Below are positions 27,133 to 36,817 of a DNA stretch of 64,000 bases, in pieces (position 1 is the stretch's first letter; each line of letters starts with the position of its first letter). The stretch is from an uncultured bacterium. Its GTDB lineage: Bacteria; CSSED10-310; CALFER01. The stretch is taken from assembly GCA_964472395.1 (NCBI GenBank), contig CAYYMM010000002.1:48150-112149 (forward strand). The letters run 5' to 3'. Below the pieces are notes generated by a model. It saw nothing but the letters and a program-made list of their open reading frames with translations, was not told the origin of the DNA and searched no databases. Position numbers and translations under genes: made by a program.

Positions 27133-29187
27133 TCAGCGTCCCCCCCATCCCCATTCGATCATGTCATAATCCAGAGCCTCCGTGTTGGAGGGGTTCAACG
27201 CCGCACCCCAGAACCGGATACCCGACGCTGTTCCGTCCACTGCGGGCCACTCGAATTCCAACAGGGTTGCCTCCTGGTGTTCATACATGCCCAGTTCACC
27301 TGGTGCCCACTCCGGAGCGTCTGTCCAGGACGGCCAGAAGAAGTAGGAATTGTAGACATCGAGGATCACCCATTGATTGAACGGCACGGAACCGGTCCGG
27401 TGATTGCGGACATCGAGCGCCAGGCTGAAGCAGTCACCGGTCGCAAGCAGGGTGTCCGGAAGCACCATCCGGACGTCGACGGGTTCTGTCAAACGGCTCT
27501 CAAACCCGGAATCGACTCCCGTGAACAGCATGAAATCATCGATGTTCCAGCCGCCGAACTGCAAGCCTTCATCGGATGTCAGCGCGAACGTGACCTGAAC
27601 ATTGGCAGGATCTGCGGCAATAGCATCCGTGATGTCATACACACACGGAACCCAATCGGTATCGATCAGATGTCCTTCAAATGGATTCCGCCAGATTTCC
27701 GTTCCGTTGACTCGAATCGTCATCTGATCGTATCTCGATTCTTCGACGGTTGCATAGCGCTGGAACATCAGCAGGACCCGGTCATAGGGACTGCAATCGA
27801 TGATGGGGGACACCAGATAATTGGACAGTTCATTGGAGTAATTGCCGGTTTTCACCAGATTGTTTCCCCACATTTTCGTTCCGGAATACGGGGTCATCGG
27901 ATCGTGTTGCGGATCGCCGTCCGCCGGGAACGATCCGCGCATCCAGTCGTCTTTCTTCTGTGTGAATCCGTGTGTCCAGCCGTCATCCGAAAGCCCCTCG
28001 AAATCATTGAAGTAGATCACGAATCGCGGACCGGCGAATGTCGTGATCGTTTCCGACGTCTGAACATCGCCGCATGCATACGTGAGAACCAGTTCGATGG
28101 GTGATCCGGGCACGAGCCCCGGGTTAGTTGCAAGACTGAAGACACCGGCCAGGTCTGTTTCGGTTTTTGCAGGAATGGCCGGCACGGACACCTGATTCGA
28201 CGTGATCTGGATGTTGGGATTGGAGCATGCGAGCTGCAGGGTGCCCGCTACGGATGCTTCGCGTCCCTTGTTCCGGATGCGCACCTGCAAGGAGGTGTTT
28301 TCGGAGGGGCTGATGCAGCCGTCCTGATCCGGGATCGACCACTGCGACACCATCAGACGCACCGGAGGGATGGCCTGAACCGTCGCGATCGCGGCCTGTT
28401 CACCGATATGCATGTCACCGTACTGGATGTGAAAATACCCGTTATCGCCCCAGTCTGCACCCCAGGAATTCTTGACGATCCAGGATCCGGTCGGCGCACA
28501 GACTTCGTCATCCCAGCCGACAATGGTGACACCGTGGTTGACCTGTGTGGTGCTCGTGTCGTGATAACATCCGCTGGTATAATTCTTGAGATTGTCATTC
28601 GCGCCGATCACCGTAGCAACTGGTCCGGATTCCATCAGCGCGGTTTTAATCACATCGATATCGGTGTTGATGTATGAATAATCGGCAACCATGTAGTACG
28701 GTTCGTGGTCGTCCGCCCGGCAGTTGCCGTTTTCGGCTTCATAGGGATAATCGGCTTCGAGTCGCAGGCCTTCGTATATGAGATACCCGAAAGCGCTATC
28801 GTAGGATCCGCCGTTGCAGCCGTAGGATCCGGGAGTGCAGTCAACGAGCTGCTGTTCCGAGACATCGACTTCGATTCCTTCCGTGAGCAGTATCTGGGAT
28901 TCGATGACAGCCGTTGCGGTGAACGCCCAGCAGCTTCCGCACTGAGCCTGATCCTTGACCGACGTCACGCCGTTCTGTTCCCGCCAGTCGAAGCGGACGG
29001 GAAGGTCGCGCTGGCCCTTCGGAAATGGCCGTTCCGGTTCAATGTAATCGGGATCCGGACGATAGGTCAGGATGCTCTGAAATTCATCGTCCGTCAGGCG
29101 CGCAACCCAGTTCTCTGCGTGCAGCGGAGCCATCGATCCGATCACCAGCACGATTCCGCACATCATCCATCTGATCCCTGTTAACAT
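27133..29187 (-). CDS. Secreted papain-family (C1) cysteine protease with accessory beta domains and the conserved C-terminal domain
   Basis: FDWR, QAQCGSCWAF, NHGVTIVGW, WIVKNSWG. AAGGAG RBS before ATG 29187. Confidence 0.92.
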   Translation of the reverse strand: MLTGIRWMMCGIVLVIGSMAPLHAENWVARLTDDEFQSILTYRPDPDYIEPERPFPKGQRDLPVRFDWREQNGVTSVKDQAQCGSCWAFTATAVIESQILLTEGIEVDVSEQQLVDCTPGSYGCNGGSYDSAFGYLIYEGLRLEADYPYEAENGNCRADDHEPYYMVADYSYINTDIDVIKTALMESGPVATVIGANDNLKNYTSGCYHDTSTTQVNHGVTIVGWDDEVCAPTGSWIVKNSWGADWGDNGYFHIQYGDMHIGEQAAIATVQAIPPVRLMVSQWSIPDQDGCISPSENTSLQVRIRNKGREASVAGTLQLACSNPNIQITSNQVSVPAIPAKTETDLAGVFSLATNPGLVPGSPIELVLTYACGDVQTSETITTFAGPRFVIYFNDFEGLSDDGWTHGFTQKKDDWMRGSFPADGDPQHDPMTPYSGTKMWGNNLVKTGNYSNELSNYLVSPIIDCSPYDRVLLMFQRYATVEESRYDQMTIRVNGTEIWRNPFEGHLIDTDWVPCVYDITDAIAADPANVQVTFALTSDEGLQFGGWNIDDFMLFTGVDSGFESRLTEPVDVRMVLPDTLLATGDCFSLALDVRNHRTGSVPFNQWVILDVYNSYFFWPSWTDAPEWAPGELGMYEHQEATLLEFEWPAVDGTASGIRFWGAALNPSNTEALDYDMIEWGWGGR

Positions 29188-29251
29188 GCGATTCTCCTTT
29201 CGAGGCACACCATCCGGAGAATGTATAGCACAGAGGATGCCAGTCGAGCAG

Positions 29252-29283
29252 AAAAAAAGAAGGATCCTCTCTCGAGGATCCTT
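29252..29283 (-). terminator. Rho-independent terminator after the TonB receptor gene
   Basis: AAGGATCCTC-N4-GAGGATCCTT hairpin followed on the minus strand by C plus T7. Confidence 0.8.
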
Positions 29284-29304
29284 ATCAGTGATGGCAGCGA
29301 ACGA

Positions 29305-32300
29305 TCAGAAGGCGTATTTCAGTCCGATGCGGTAAGTTCGAGGAGCGCCCCAGCCGTCTGCCTGCCCGAAGAGTTCCGGTCTGCGCGGATTGTAGGTTTC
29401 GATTTCGGAATTGATGCCCTGGTAATCCGTGATATTGTCAACATCGAGCTGCAGGGTGGCTGAACCGAATTTGCCGAATGAGAAGGTGTTCTGGAATGAG
29501 ATATCCACATTATAGAACGATGGGAGCGTCTCGGTGCCGCGTCCGTAGGGGAAAGACCAGAAGCTGTCTTTGTACGGGGGTTTTCCGGTCCAGGTCGACG
29601 GATCGGCAAAATCATTCGAGGGGTTATCAGGATCGAATGCTGCAGCCGGTTTGGTGCGTTTGGAATAGTGGAAACCGCTCTGGAGAAACGCATCGACACC
29701 CAGACTGACCTCGTACCATTCGGTCACCGGATAATGGACGGATCCAGCAACTTTCAGGAAGTGCCGGGGTGACCACGGAAGTTCGCCATACAGATTGAAG
29801 GTTGTGCCGTATGTGTCGAACTGACCGCTGAACTGGCTGGTGCCTCCGGCACTGTCTTCCTGCTGTTCGATCACGGCGCCTTCCGCTTTGGACAACGTGT
29901 AACTGGCCTGAAGATCCCAGAGATCCTGGCGGGCGATGATGTTCAGTTCGACGCCATCATACTCACGTGTGTTTCCCTTGGCATTCGTGACGTAATAGAT
30001 GTGCTTGGCGTAGTCGCCGGTGGCGTTTTCATCCGGATCACGCGGGTCGTATTTTTTGTTCGGATCGAGGCCGCTGAAATCATCGCGGACACCACCCAGG
30101 TATGTCCAGACAATGTTTCCTTCGTCATCGACGAACAGACCGACGTCTTCGAGCATATCATTGGTTTCACGATGCGTGTAATTCACATTGACCGATAGAC
30201 CCTTCCGGATCACCTGTTCGAATCCGATCGTGTATTCATCGTTGTATTCTGCTTCAATATTCGGATCGATCAGGTTGGAGATGTCTCCCGCTTCATCCTC
30301 CGATGTCGTCATCCAGTTGGCATCATCGAAGAAGAAGTCCTGATCCGGGACACCATCGCGGTCGCGATCTTCCCACTGCGGTCCTGTATACCGTTGATTG
30401 CGAGTCAGGCTGTTGTCGATATCCGGGGGCTGGAACATGCCTGGCAGTGAAAGATCGAACGGGTTGTAAAAGCGTCCCCAGAAGGCCGAGACGGATGATT
30501 TGCCGTTACCGAAGATATCCCAGTTGATCCCGAGGCGTGGAGCGAGCATGTCGTCGAACTTCATTTCACCGTTGCGTTTGTAAGAACCATCCGGGTTGAT
30601 GATCTGGTCCGCCCTGAAGTCTCCCCATTTCCATCCCGGAACGGACGACTCATCATCGTTGTTATAATACGTGGCCGTCTCGAAGCGCACGCCTGCGTTG
30701 ACGGTGAGATTATCGAAGATTGACCAGGTATCCTGAACGAACACACCCAGATATCGGCTCGATTCGGTCGTTGTCCCGACATTCGTCAGAATCTCCCGTG
30801 TCGCTTCGGTGCCGACATAGTAGTCGGGATTCGCCGGATCACCCATCGGGATCTGTGTCACGGTATAGTTTGCCCCACCGGCACGGTTGACGTACGAATC
30901 ACGTTGTGAGTGATGCAGTTCGAATCCGGACTTGAATTCGTGGGCACCCCATAGATCTTCGACGAAATAATTCCCGACGAAACTCAACTGGCTGCGATCC
31001 CGATCGTCTTCCACCCAGACATTCCCGTTGTTGTAGTATTGGTCATAATAGGTGTCATAGAAGTGTGCTTTTCGAGGATCTGTTGTGTTAAGTGATTGCG
31101 GTTTCACATCGAGGAAACTGTTGGACAGACCGACACGGGACACGAAAAACAGAGTGGGTGAGTAGAGCCAGGTCCATTCAAGGGAGTAGAAAGGACCGCC
31201 CTGGGTTTGAGTTTCATAGCAATCCGGCACAACCTGCGTTCGGGCTTCCGGAGTCTGGTTCGTCCCTTTGATTTCGGCATTTTCGCCCGAATAGTTGGCA
31301 ACGAGTTTGTGAGACTGAGTCGCCTGATAGGTGAGTTTGATGTATGGGAGATGGAAAAAGCGATCCCGATTCAGATCGGCATCATAGTCGAGATCCGGGT
31401 CGCCGCCGTATCGTGACAGAGTATTGACGGAGATATCATAGGTTGTGAGTTGATAGGTTGCCATGAACCACAGTTTGTCGCGCATGATGGGGCCTTCGAG
31501 CGTGACTGTCGGCTCCATCTGGTCATAGCTGATTGCCGCCTGAGGGTGCTTCCAACTGTCTTCCCAATCAGAGGCGCGGTATCGGAGACGGAGAATTCCG
31601 TGGAAGTCGTTGCCTCCACTGCGTGTGACCGCATTCACGATCCCGCCTCTGGCACGTCCGTACTCGGCGGCAAATCCCCCTGTCTGCACCTCTACCTCGG
31701 CGATCGCATCGGCATTCAGGTTGGCTCCGAATGTTCCCGTGACCGGGTCGGTCGTGTCTACGCCGTCAAAGAGGCACAGGTTGTCGTTGTCGGCGCCACC
31801 TTTGACGTTCACATTGCCGGTTCCGAGATCCACGGTGCCGCCGGTCATCGCGAACGCCGAAAACAGATCGTCCGATCCCGGAAGGCGTTCCGTGACATCA
31901 CGCTCGATCGTTGTTTTAACCGTTGCCGATTTGGCATCGACCACCTGAGCTTCAGCAATGACGATGGCCGTTTCCGTGAACTTCTGCATTTGCATGGTGA
32001 AGTTCACGGTTGCGGTCGTATTAACGGAAACACGGATGTCGGTCTGCAAGTACGGTTGCAGTCCGTACAGATCGCCTTTGAGTTCGTAGACGCCCGGTGG
32101 GAGTTCCGGCATTCGGAACGTCCCGGTCTGGCTCGTGACATCCACGCGCTCACCCTGAAGCGCGGGTCCCGAGACCGTCACGGTCACTCCGGGCATGGGA
32201 TCTCCGTTCGTGTTGATAACTTTTCCGGCGATGACTCCCGTCAATCCGGCGTATGATACGCCTGTCGAGAGTGTCAGGATGATCATTCCCGCTATCCAGA

Positions 32301-32319
32301 TCCACTCTTTTCGCACCAT
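29305..32319 (-). CDS. Oar-like TonB-dependent receptor with N-terminal carboxypeptidase-regulatory-like domain
   Basis: Signal peptide, PELPPGVYEL, plug motifs DGVDTTDP and GGFAAEYG...GGIVNAVTRSG, C-terminal RIGLKYAF. Confidence 0.9.
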   Translation of the reverse strand: MVRKEWIWIAGMIILTLSTGVSYAGLTGVIAGKVINTNGDPMPGVTVTVSGPALQGERVDVTSQTGTFRMPELPPGVYELKGDLYGLQPYLQTDIRVSVNTTATVNFTMQMQKFTETAIVIAEAQVVDAKSATVKTTIERDVTERLPGSDDLFSAFAMTGGTVDLGTGNVNVKGGADNDNLCLFDGVDTTDPVTGTFGANLNADAIAEVEVQTGGFAAEYGRARGGIVNAVTRSGGNDFHGILRLRYRASDWEDSWKHPQAAISYDQMEPTVTLEGPIMRDKLWFMATYQLTTYDISVNTLSRYGGDPDLDYDADLNRDRFFHLPYIKLTYQATQSHKLVANYSGENAEIKGTNQTPEARTQVVPDCYETQTQGGPFYSLEWTWLYSPTLFFVSRVGLSNSFLDVKPQSLNTTDPRKAHFYDTYYDQYYNNGNVWVEDDRDRSQLSFVGNYFVEDLWGAHEFKSGFELHHSQRDSYVNRAGGANYTVTQIPMGDPANPDYYVGTEATREILTNVGTTTESSRYLGVFVQDTWSIFDNLTVNAGVRFETATYYNNDDESSVPGWKWGDFRADQIINPDGSYKRNGEMKFDDMLAPRLGINWDIFGNGKSSVSAFWGRFYNPFDLSLPGMFQPPDIDNSLTRNQRYTGPQWEDRDRDGVPDQDFFFDDANWMTTSEDEAGDISNLIDPNIEAEYNDEYTIGFEQVIRKGLSVNVNYTHRETNDMLEDVGLFVDDEGNIVWTYLGGVRDDFSGLDPNKKYDPRDPDENATGDYAKHIYYVTNAKGNTREYDGVELNIIARQDLWDLQASYTLSKAEGAVIEQQEDSAGGTSQFSGQFDTYGTTFNLYGELPWSPRHFLKVAGSVHYPVTEWYEVSLGVDAFLQSGFHYSKRTKPAAAFDPDNPSNDFADPSTWTGKPPYKDSFWSFPYGRGTETLPSFYNVDISFQNTFSFGKFGSATLQLDVDNITDYQGINSEIETYNPRRPELFGQADGWGAPRTYRIGLKYAF

Positions 32320-32492
32320 ACCCAACCTCCTTCCAGAAAGTCACTTTGTTTCGGACCGTGTGCAGATCGCACGATTCTGACCCCTTTTTGGATTGGTTTT
32401 CGGTCCGAATACACCATGTCCAATCCTCCTGCTTCCGGTTACGAAACAGAAGGTGGAAAAGTTTGATACGATGGAGCGGGAGATAGTAAAAG

Positions 32493-32543
32493 GTGCGCCC
32501 TGCCGGGCGCACAAAAAAAAGGGCCTCCCGATGGGAGGCCCTT
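32493..32543 (-). terminator. Rho-independent terminator plus a second adjacent hairpin
   Basis: AAGGGCCTCCC-GAT-GGGAGGCCCTT stem with an 8-A tract (T8 on minus), directly followed by GTGCGCCC-TGCC-GGGCGCAC. Confidence 0.85.
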
Positions 32544-32565
32544 AAAGAATCAGACGATGAGTGAA

Positions 32566-35547
32566 TTAGAAGGCGTATTTGAGGCTGAGGCGGTACACGC
32601 GGGGTGTGCCCCAACCATCGGCCTGGCCGAAGAGTTCCGGTTTGTTCGGGTTGTAAACTTCGCTTTCGCTCACGATACCCTGGTAATCCGTCACGTTTTC
32701 GACATCGAAGAGAACCGTCGCAGTACCCCACTTGCCGAAGCTGAAGGCGTTCTGCAGCGAAACATCGATGTTATAGAACGAGGGAAGCTCATAACCGCCT
32801 CGGCCTTCGGGGAAGGACCACGGATAGCTGCGGTACGGCGGCCGACCGGTCCATGTGCTCGGATCATTGATATCGTTATCCGGTTTATCGGGATCGTAGG
32901 TGAAGGGCGGAGCGCTGCGCTTGGAGTAGTAGTATCCCGTGCGGACGAACGCGTTCACGCCGAAGCTGAGTTCATACCAGTCGGTGAAGTCATAGTGGAC
33001 TGAACCGGCCAGTTTGAAGTAGTGGCGTGCGGACCAGGGAAGTTCGCCGTAGAGATTGTAGGTCGTTCCATAGGTGTCGAACTGACCGCTGAACTGAGCG
33101 ATACCGGTGTATCCCGGCTGAGCTTCCGTGACAGCGCCTTCGGCTTTTGAATACGTGTAACTGGCCTGCAGATCCCAGTTCTTCTGACGGGCGACTGCGT
33201 TGATTTCCAGACCGCTGTATTCACGTGTCGAACCTTCGGCGTTGGTCACATAATAAAGATGTTTGGAGTAATCTTTGCCGTTGTCGCGAGGATCGAACTT
33301 CTTGTTCGGATCGAGACCCGAGAAATCGTCCTTAACGCCACCGAGATATGTCCAGACGATGTTGCCGTCTTCATCCACGAAGATACCGGTGTCTTCCAGC
33401 ATGTCGTTGGATTCGCGGTGTGAGTAGTTCACGTTGACGGTGAAGTTCGGGAGGATTTCCTGTTCGATACCGACCGTGTATTCATCCGAGTATTCGGCTT
33501 CGATGTTCGGATCGATGAGGTTCCAGTCACCTTCTTCGTCTTCTTCTGTCGTGACCCAGTTGTTGTCATCGAAGAAGAAATCTTCATCCGGGATACCGTC
33601 TTTGTCGCGGTCGGACCACATCGGGCCTGTGTATTCCTGCTGACGATTGGCAACGTTGTTCGCAGCGAACGGCTGGAACATACCGGGCAAAGAGAGATCG
33701 AACGGGTTGTAGAAGCGGCCCCAGAAACCGGAAACCGATGTCTTGCCGTTTCCGAATACATCCCAGTTCACGCCGAACCGCGGAGCGAGCATGTCGTCGA
33801 ACTTCATGTCGGCGTAGCGTTTGTGCGAGCCATCGGGATTCAGGTATGAACTGGCTTCGAACTGACCCCATTGCCAGGCTGGTACCGAGGATTCGTCGTC
33901 ATCATTGTAGAATGTCGATGTCTCGTAACGCAGACCGATGTTGAAGGTCAGGTTATCGAGGACCGACCAGGTGTCCTGAATGAAGGCGCCGATGTAACGG
34001 CCGGATTCGGTCGCTGTACCTGCGTTGAAATAGATGTTCCGTGTGGCGTCAGTACCGGTGTAGTAATCCGGGTTGTTGGGATCGCCGACCGGAACCTGAG
34101 TGATGATGAACGACGCACCACCCGGACGGGCAGAGTAATTGTCGCGCGTCATAGTGTGCATTTCAGCGCCGGCTTTGAATTCGTGTGAGCCACCGAGTTC
34201 TTCGACGAAGTAGTTGGCGATGAAGCTCAACTGCGTGCGGTCACGTTCGTCTTCCGACCAGCTGTCGCTGTTGTTGTAGAACTGCTGATAGTAGGTGTCA
34301 TAGAAGGAGCCGTTGCGATAGTTCGAGATATCTTCGGTGGCAGGAACCGAATCGAGAATACCGAACGACGCTCCGGCGCGGGTGATGAAGAACAGCGAGG
34401 GACTGTAGAGCCAGGTCCACTCGATCGAGTAGAACGGTCCGCCCTGGGTCTGTTCATTGTAGGTTTCGGGAAGATTTTCGGCCGCGGCTCCGCTGGTGCC
34501 TTTGATCACGGCATCTTCACCGGAGTAGTTCACGACGATCTTGTGGGACTGAACCGGCTGGAAGGTGATCTTGGCATACGGCAGATGGAAGGTGCGGCTC
34601 TGGTCGATGTTCACGTAATCATCGGGGTTGTTGGGATCCGCGCCGTACCGGCCGATCGTCTGGGAATTCAGATCGATGTTCGTGTACTGATAGGTCAGCA
34701 TGAACCAGATTTTGTCCTTGAGAATCGGTCCTTCGAATGTGACGGTCGGTTCCCAGTAATCGTATTCGTCTTCCGCTGTCGGATGATCGGAATCAGCCTG
34801 CCAGTCGGAATTGACGTACTTCAACCGGATGATGCCGTGGAAATCGTTTCCACCCGAACGGGTTACGGCATTGACGATACCGCCGCGGGCACGGCCGTAT
34901 TCGGCAGCAAACGCACCGGTCTGAACTTCGACTTCGGCGATCGCATCGGCGTTCAGGTTGGCGCCAAATGTCGAGGTCACCGGGTCGGTGGTGTCGACGC
35001 CGTCGAACAGATACAGGTTATCCGTCTGAGCGGAACCCTTGACGCGCACGTTTCCGCTTCCGGTGATACCGCCGGACATCGAGAATGCAGCGAAAAGGTC
35101 ATCCGATCCGGGAAGACGCTCGGTCACTTCGCGTTCGATGGTCGTTTTCACGGTCGCGGCTTTCACATCGATAACCGGTGCTTCGGCCTGGACAACGACT
35201 GTTTCCTGCAGTTTCTGCATTTCCATCGCGAAATTGACGGTGGAAGTGCTGTTGACGGACACTTTGATGCCCGTCTGCTGAATGGTCTGCATGCCCATCA
35301 GCTCGGCTTTCAGATCATACGATCCCGGTGCCAGTTCCGGCATACGGAACGTTCCGGCCTGGCTCGTCACATCGATGCGCTCACCCGGCAGATTCGCTCC
35401 GGTAACCGTAATCGTGACTCCCGGAATCGGGTTCCCATCGGCATCCGTCACTTTGCCGGCAATGACACCGGTCAAAGCGGCGTAGGCTGTTCCACCGCCG
35501 ATGAGGAGGGCCATCAAGCCCAGTGCAAATAATTTGCGAAGGTGCAT
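32566..35547 (-). CDS. Oar-like TonB-dependent receptor (tandem paralog)
   Basis: Same architecture as 29305-32319 and colinear with it. C-terminal RLSLKYAF. Confidence 0.9.
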   Translation of the reverse strand: MHLRKLFALGLMALLIGGGTAYAALTGVIAGKVTDADGNPIPGVTITVTGANLPGERIDVTSQAGTFRMPELAPGSYDLKAELMGMQTIQQTGIKVSVNSTSTVNFAMEMQKLQETVVVQAEAPVIDVKAATVKTTIEREVTERLPGSDDLFAAFSMSGGITGSGNVRVKGSAQTDNLYLFDGVDTTDPVTSTFGANLNADAIAEVEVQTGAFAAEYGRARGGIVNAVTRSGGNDFHGIIRLKYVNSDWQADSDHPTAEDEYDYWEPTVTFEGPILKDKIWFMLTYQYTNIDLNSQTIGRYGADPNNPDDYVNIDQSRTFHLPYAKITFQPVQSHKIVVNYSGEDAVIKGTSGAAAENLPETYNEQTQGGPFYSIEWTWLYSPSLFFITRAGASFGILDSVPATEDISNYRNGSFYDTYYQQFYNNSDSWSEDERDRTQLSFIANYFVEELGGSHEFKAGAEMHTMTRDNYSARPGGASFIITQVPVGDPNNPDYYTGTDATRNIYFNAGTATESGRYIGAFIQDTWSVLDNLTFNIGLRYETSTFYNDDDESSVPAWQWGQFEASSYLNPDGSHKRYADMKFDDMLAPRFGVNWDVFGNGKTSVSGFWGRFYNPFDLSLPGMFQPFAANNVANRQQEYTGPMWSDRDKDGIPDEDFFFDDNNWVTTEEDEEGDWNLIDPNIEAEYSDEYTVGIEQEILPNFTVNVNYSHRESNDMLEDTGIFVDEDGNIVWTYLGGVKDDFSGLDPNKKFDPRDNGKDYSKHLYYVTNAEGSTREYSGLEINAVARQKNWDLQASYTYSKAEGAVTEAQPGYTGIAQFSGQFDTYGTTYNLYGELPWSARHYFKLAGSVHYDFTDWYELSFGVNAFVRTGYYYSKRSAPPFTYDPDKPDNDINDPSTWTGRPPYRSYPWSFPEGRGGYELPSFYNIDVSLQNAFSFGKWGTATVLFDVENVTDYQGIVSESEVYNPNKPELFGQADGWGTPRVYRLSLKYAF

Positions 35548-35646
35548 AACGTCAAGACCTCCTTATAAGATTGGTGTTTCGGTTGCACTCTCTTGCAACT
35601 TGCTTTTCCAAGCAACCCCGTTTCAATAAATCCGGTGTATCCGGCA

Positions 35647-36666
35647 CTACTTTCCTTTCTTGGCTTGTTCCTTGAGCAATTTGACGGTGTCTTTCGCATT
35701 TTTCAATTGCTCAGGATTCGCCTGAGGATTCTTCTCGAGAACCGCCTGATACTGCTGATACACTTCCAGAGCCTTGGTCATGTTCTGTTCCTGTATATAC
35801 AAATCCCCCAACAGGGCCAGCCCATCACCGTACTCCGGGTTCTTCTCACGACAAATCTCGAGCCACTGAATCGCTTCCGCGAATTTCTTGTCTTTGATGT
35901 CTATGTTCGCCAGATTGAACAGAACCGTCGCATCCGGAACATCTTTGACCAGGTCCGACCAGACCGCTTTCGCATTCGCATAATCCTGCTTGATCATGTA
36001 ACTGGCGCCAAGCAGCCGATGGATATCGAGTTTGGAGGCGCCTTCCGTATCGAGTTCCTTCGCCTTGGTCAGGTAGGTGATGGTTTCATCCACCTTGTGT
36101 GCGTTGAAAGCAAACTGACCCAGGAGCAGGTAATCGAGATATGACACGGCGGGATCGAGCTCGATCGCTTTTTTCAGATGCGTCTCGGCCGCAGCTACAT
36201 CACCGGCTTCATACGCTTTGATTCCCTGATTGTGCTCGTCCTTGGCGAACAGCTTGTTCTTCTCTTCTTCCGTCATGCCTGCCAGAACCTGTTCCTTGTG
36301 CGCTTCCTTGGCCTCTTCGATCGTCAGCATGGTCCAGTCCTGCTTGACTTTGACGCCGGCCCGGAGCTTCACTTTGCCTTCAAGATCCTGGTAACCTTCC
36401 TTCGTCGCCTTGATCTTGTATTCGATCGGATCGACGCCGTTGATCATCGCCTTGCCGTCCTCGTCCGTCGTGATCTCGTATTTCATCGTATCAAACTCGA
36501 CGGCCTGAAGCGTGATCAGAACGCCTTCAATGGGTTTTTTATCCTTCGAATCGATCGACACGATGAGACGTCCCTTGATGTCCGCCGACACGCCGATCGC
36601 GCACAGAACCATCCCCCCGATCACCAACCAACTCATCAAACCGTTTTTATTTCGCATGATCGTCAC
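35647..36666 (-). CDS. Exported protein with carboxypeptidase-regulatory-like domain and TPR repeats
   Basis: Signal peptide, G..D..G.A.I.G..P..Y.I...KEGY motif, helical TPR repeats. Start could be 36657. Confidence 0.82.
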   Translation of the reverse strand: MTIMRNKNGLMSWLVIGGMVLCAIGVSADIKGRLIVSIDSKDKKPIEGVLITLQAVEFDTMKYEITTDEDGKAMINGVDPIEYKIKATKEGYQDLEGKVKLRAGVKVKQDWTMLTIEEAKEAHKEQVLAGMTEEEKNKLFAKDEHNQGIKAYEAGDVAAAETHLKKAIELDPAVSYLDYLLLGQFAFNAHKVDETITYLTKAKELDTEGASKLDIHRLLGASYMIKQDYANAKAVWSDLVKDVPDATVLFNLANIDIKDKKFAEAIQWLEICREKNPEYGDGLALLGDLYIQEQNMTKALEVYQQYQAVLEKNPQANPEQLKNAKDTVKLLKEQAKKGK

Positions 36667-36817
36667 TCCATAAAATCTCGATGAAAACTAGCCAATTCCT
36701 GACGCATTGTCAACCTGAAAGCAATCTCATTTAAAATCCTGTCCATGTTCCCGGCAATCTCGATTCTAACTCCTCTCCAAAACACTAGTTTATCGTAAAA
36801 CAATCAAAAATCAAAGT

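Noticed and set aside
35575-35615. Sigma-54 -24/-12 candidate and TTGCA-N6-TGCAA palindrome upstream of the receptor gene
   Set aside because: GG-to-GC spacing is 11 rather than 10 nt, and the palindrome is too short to support alone.
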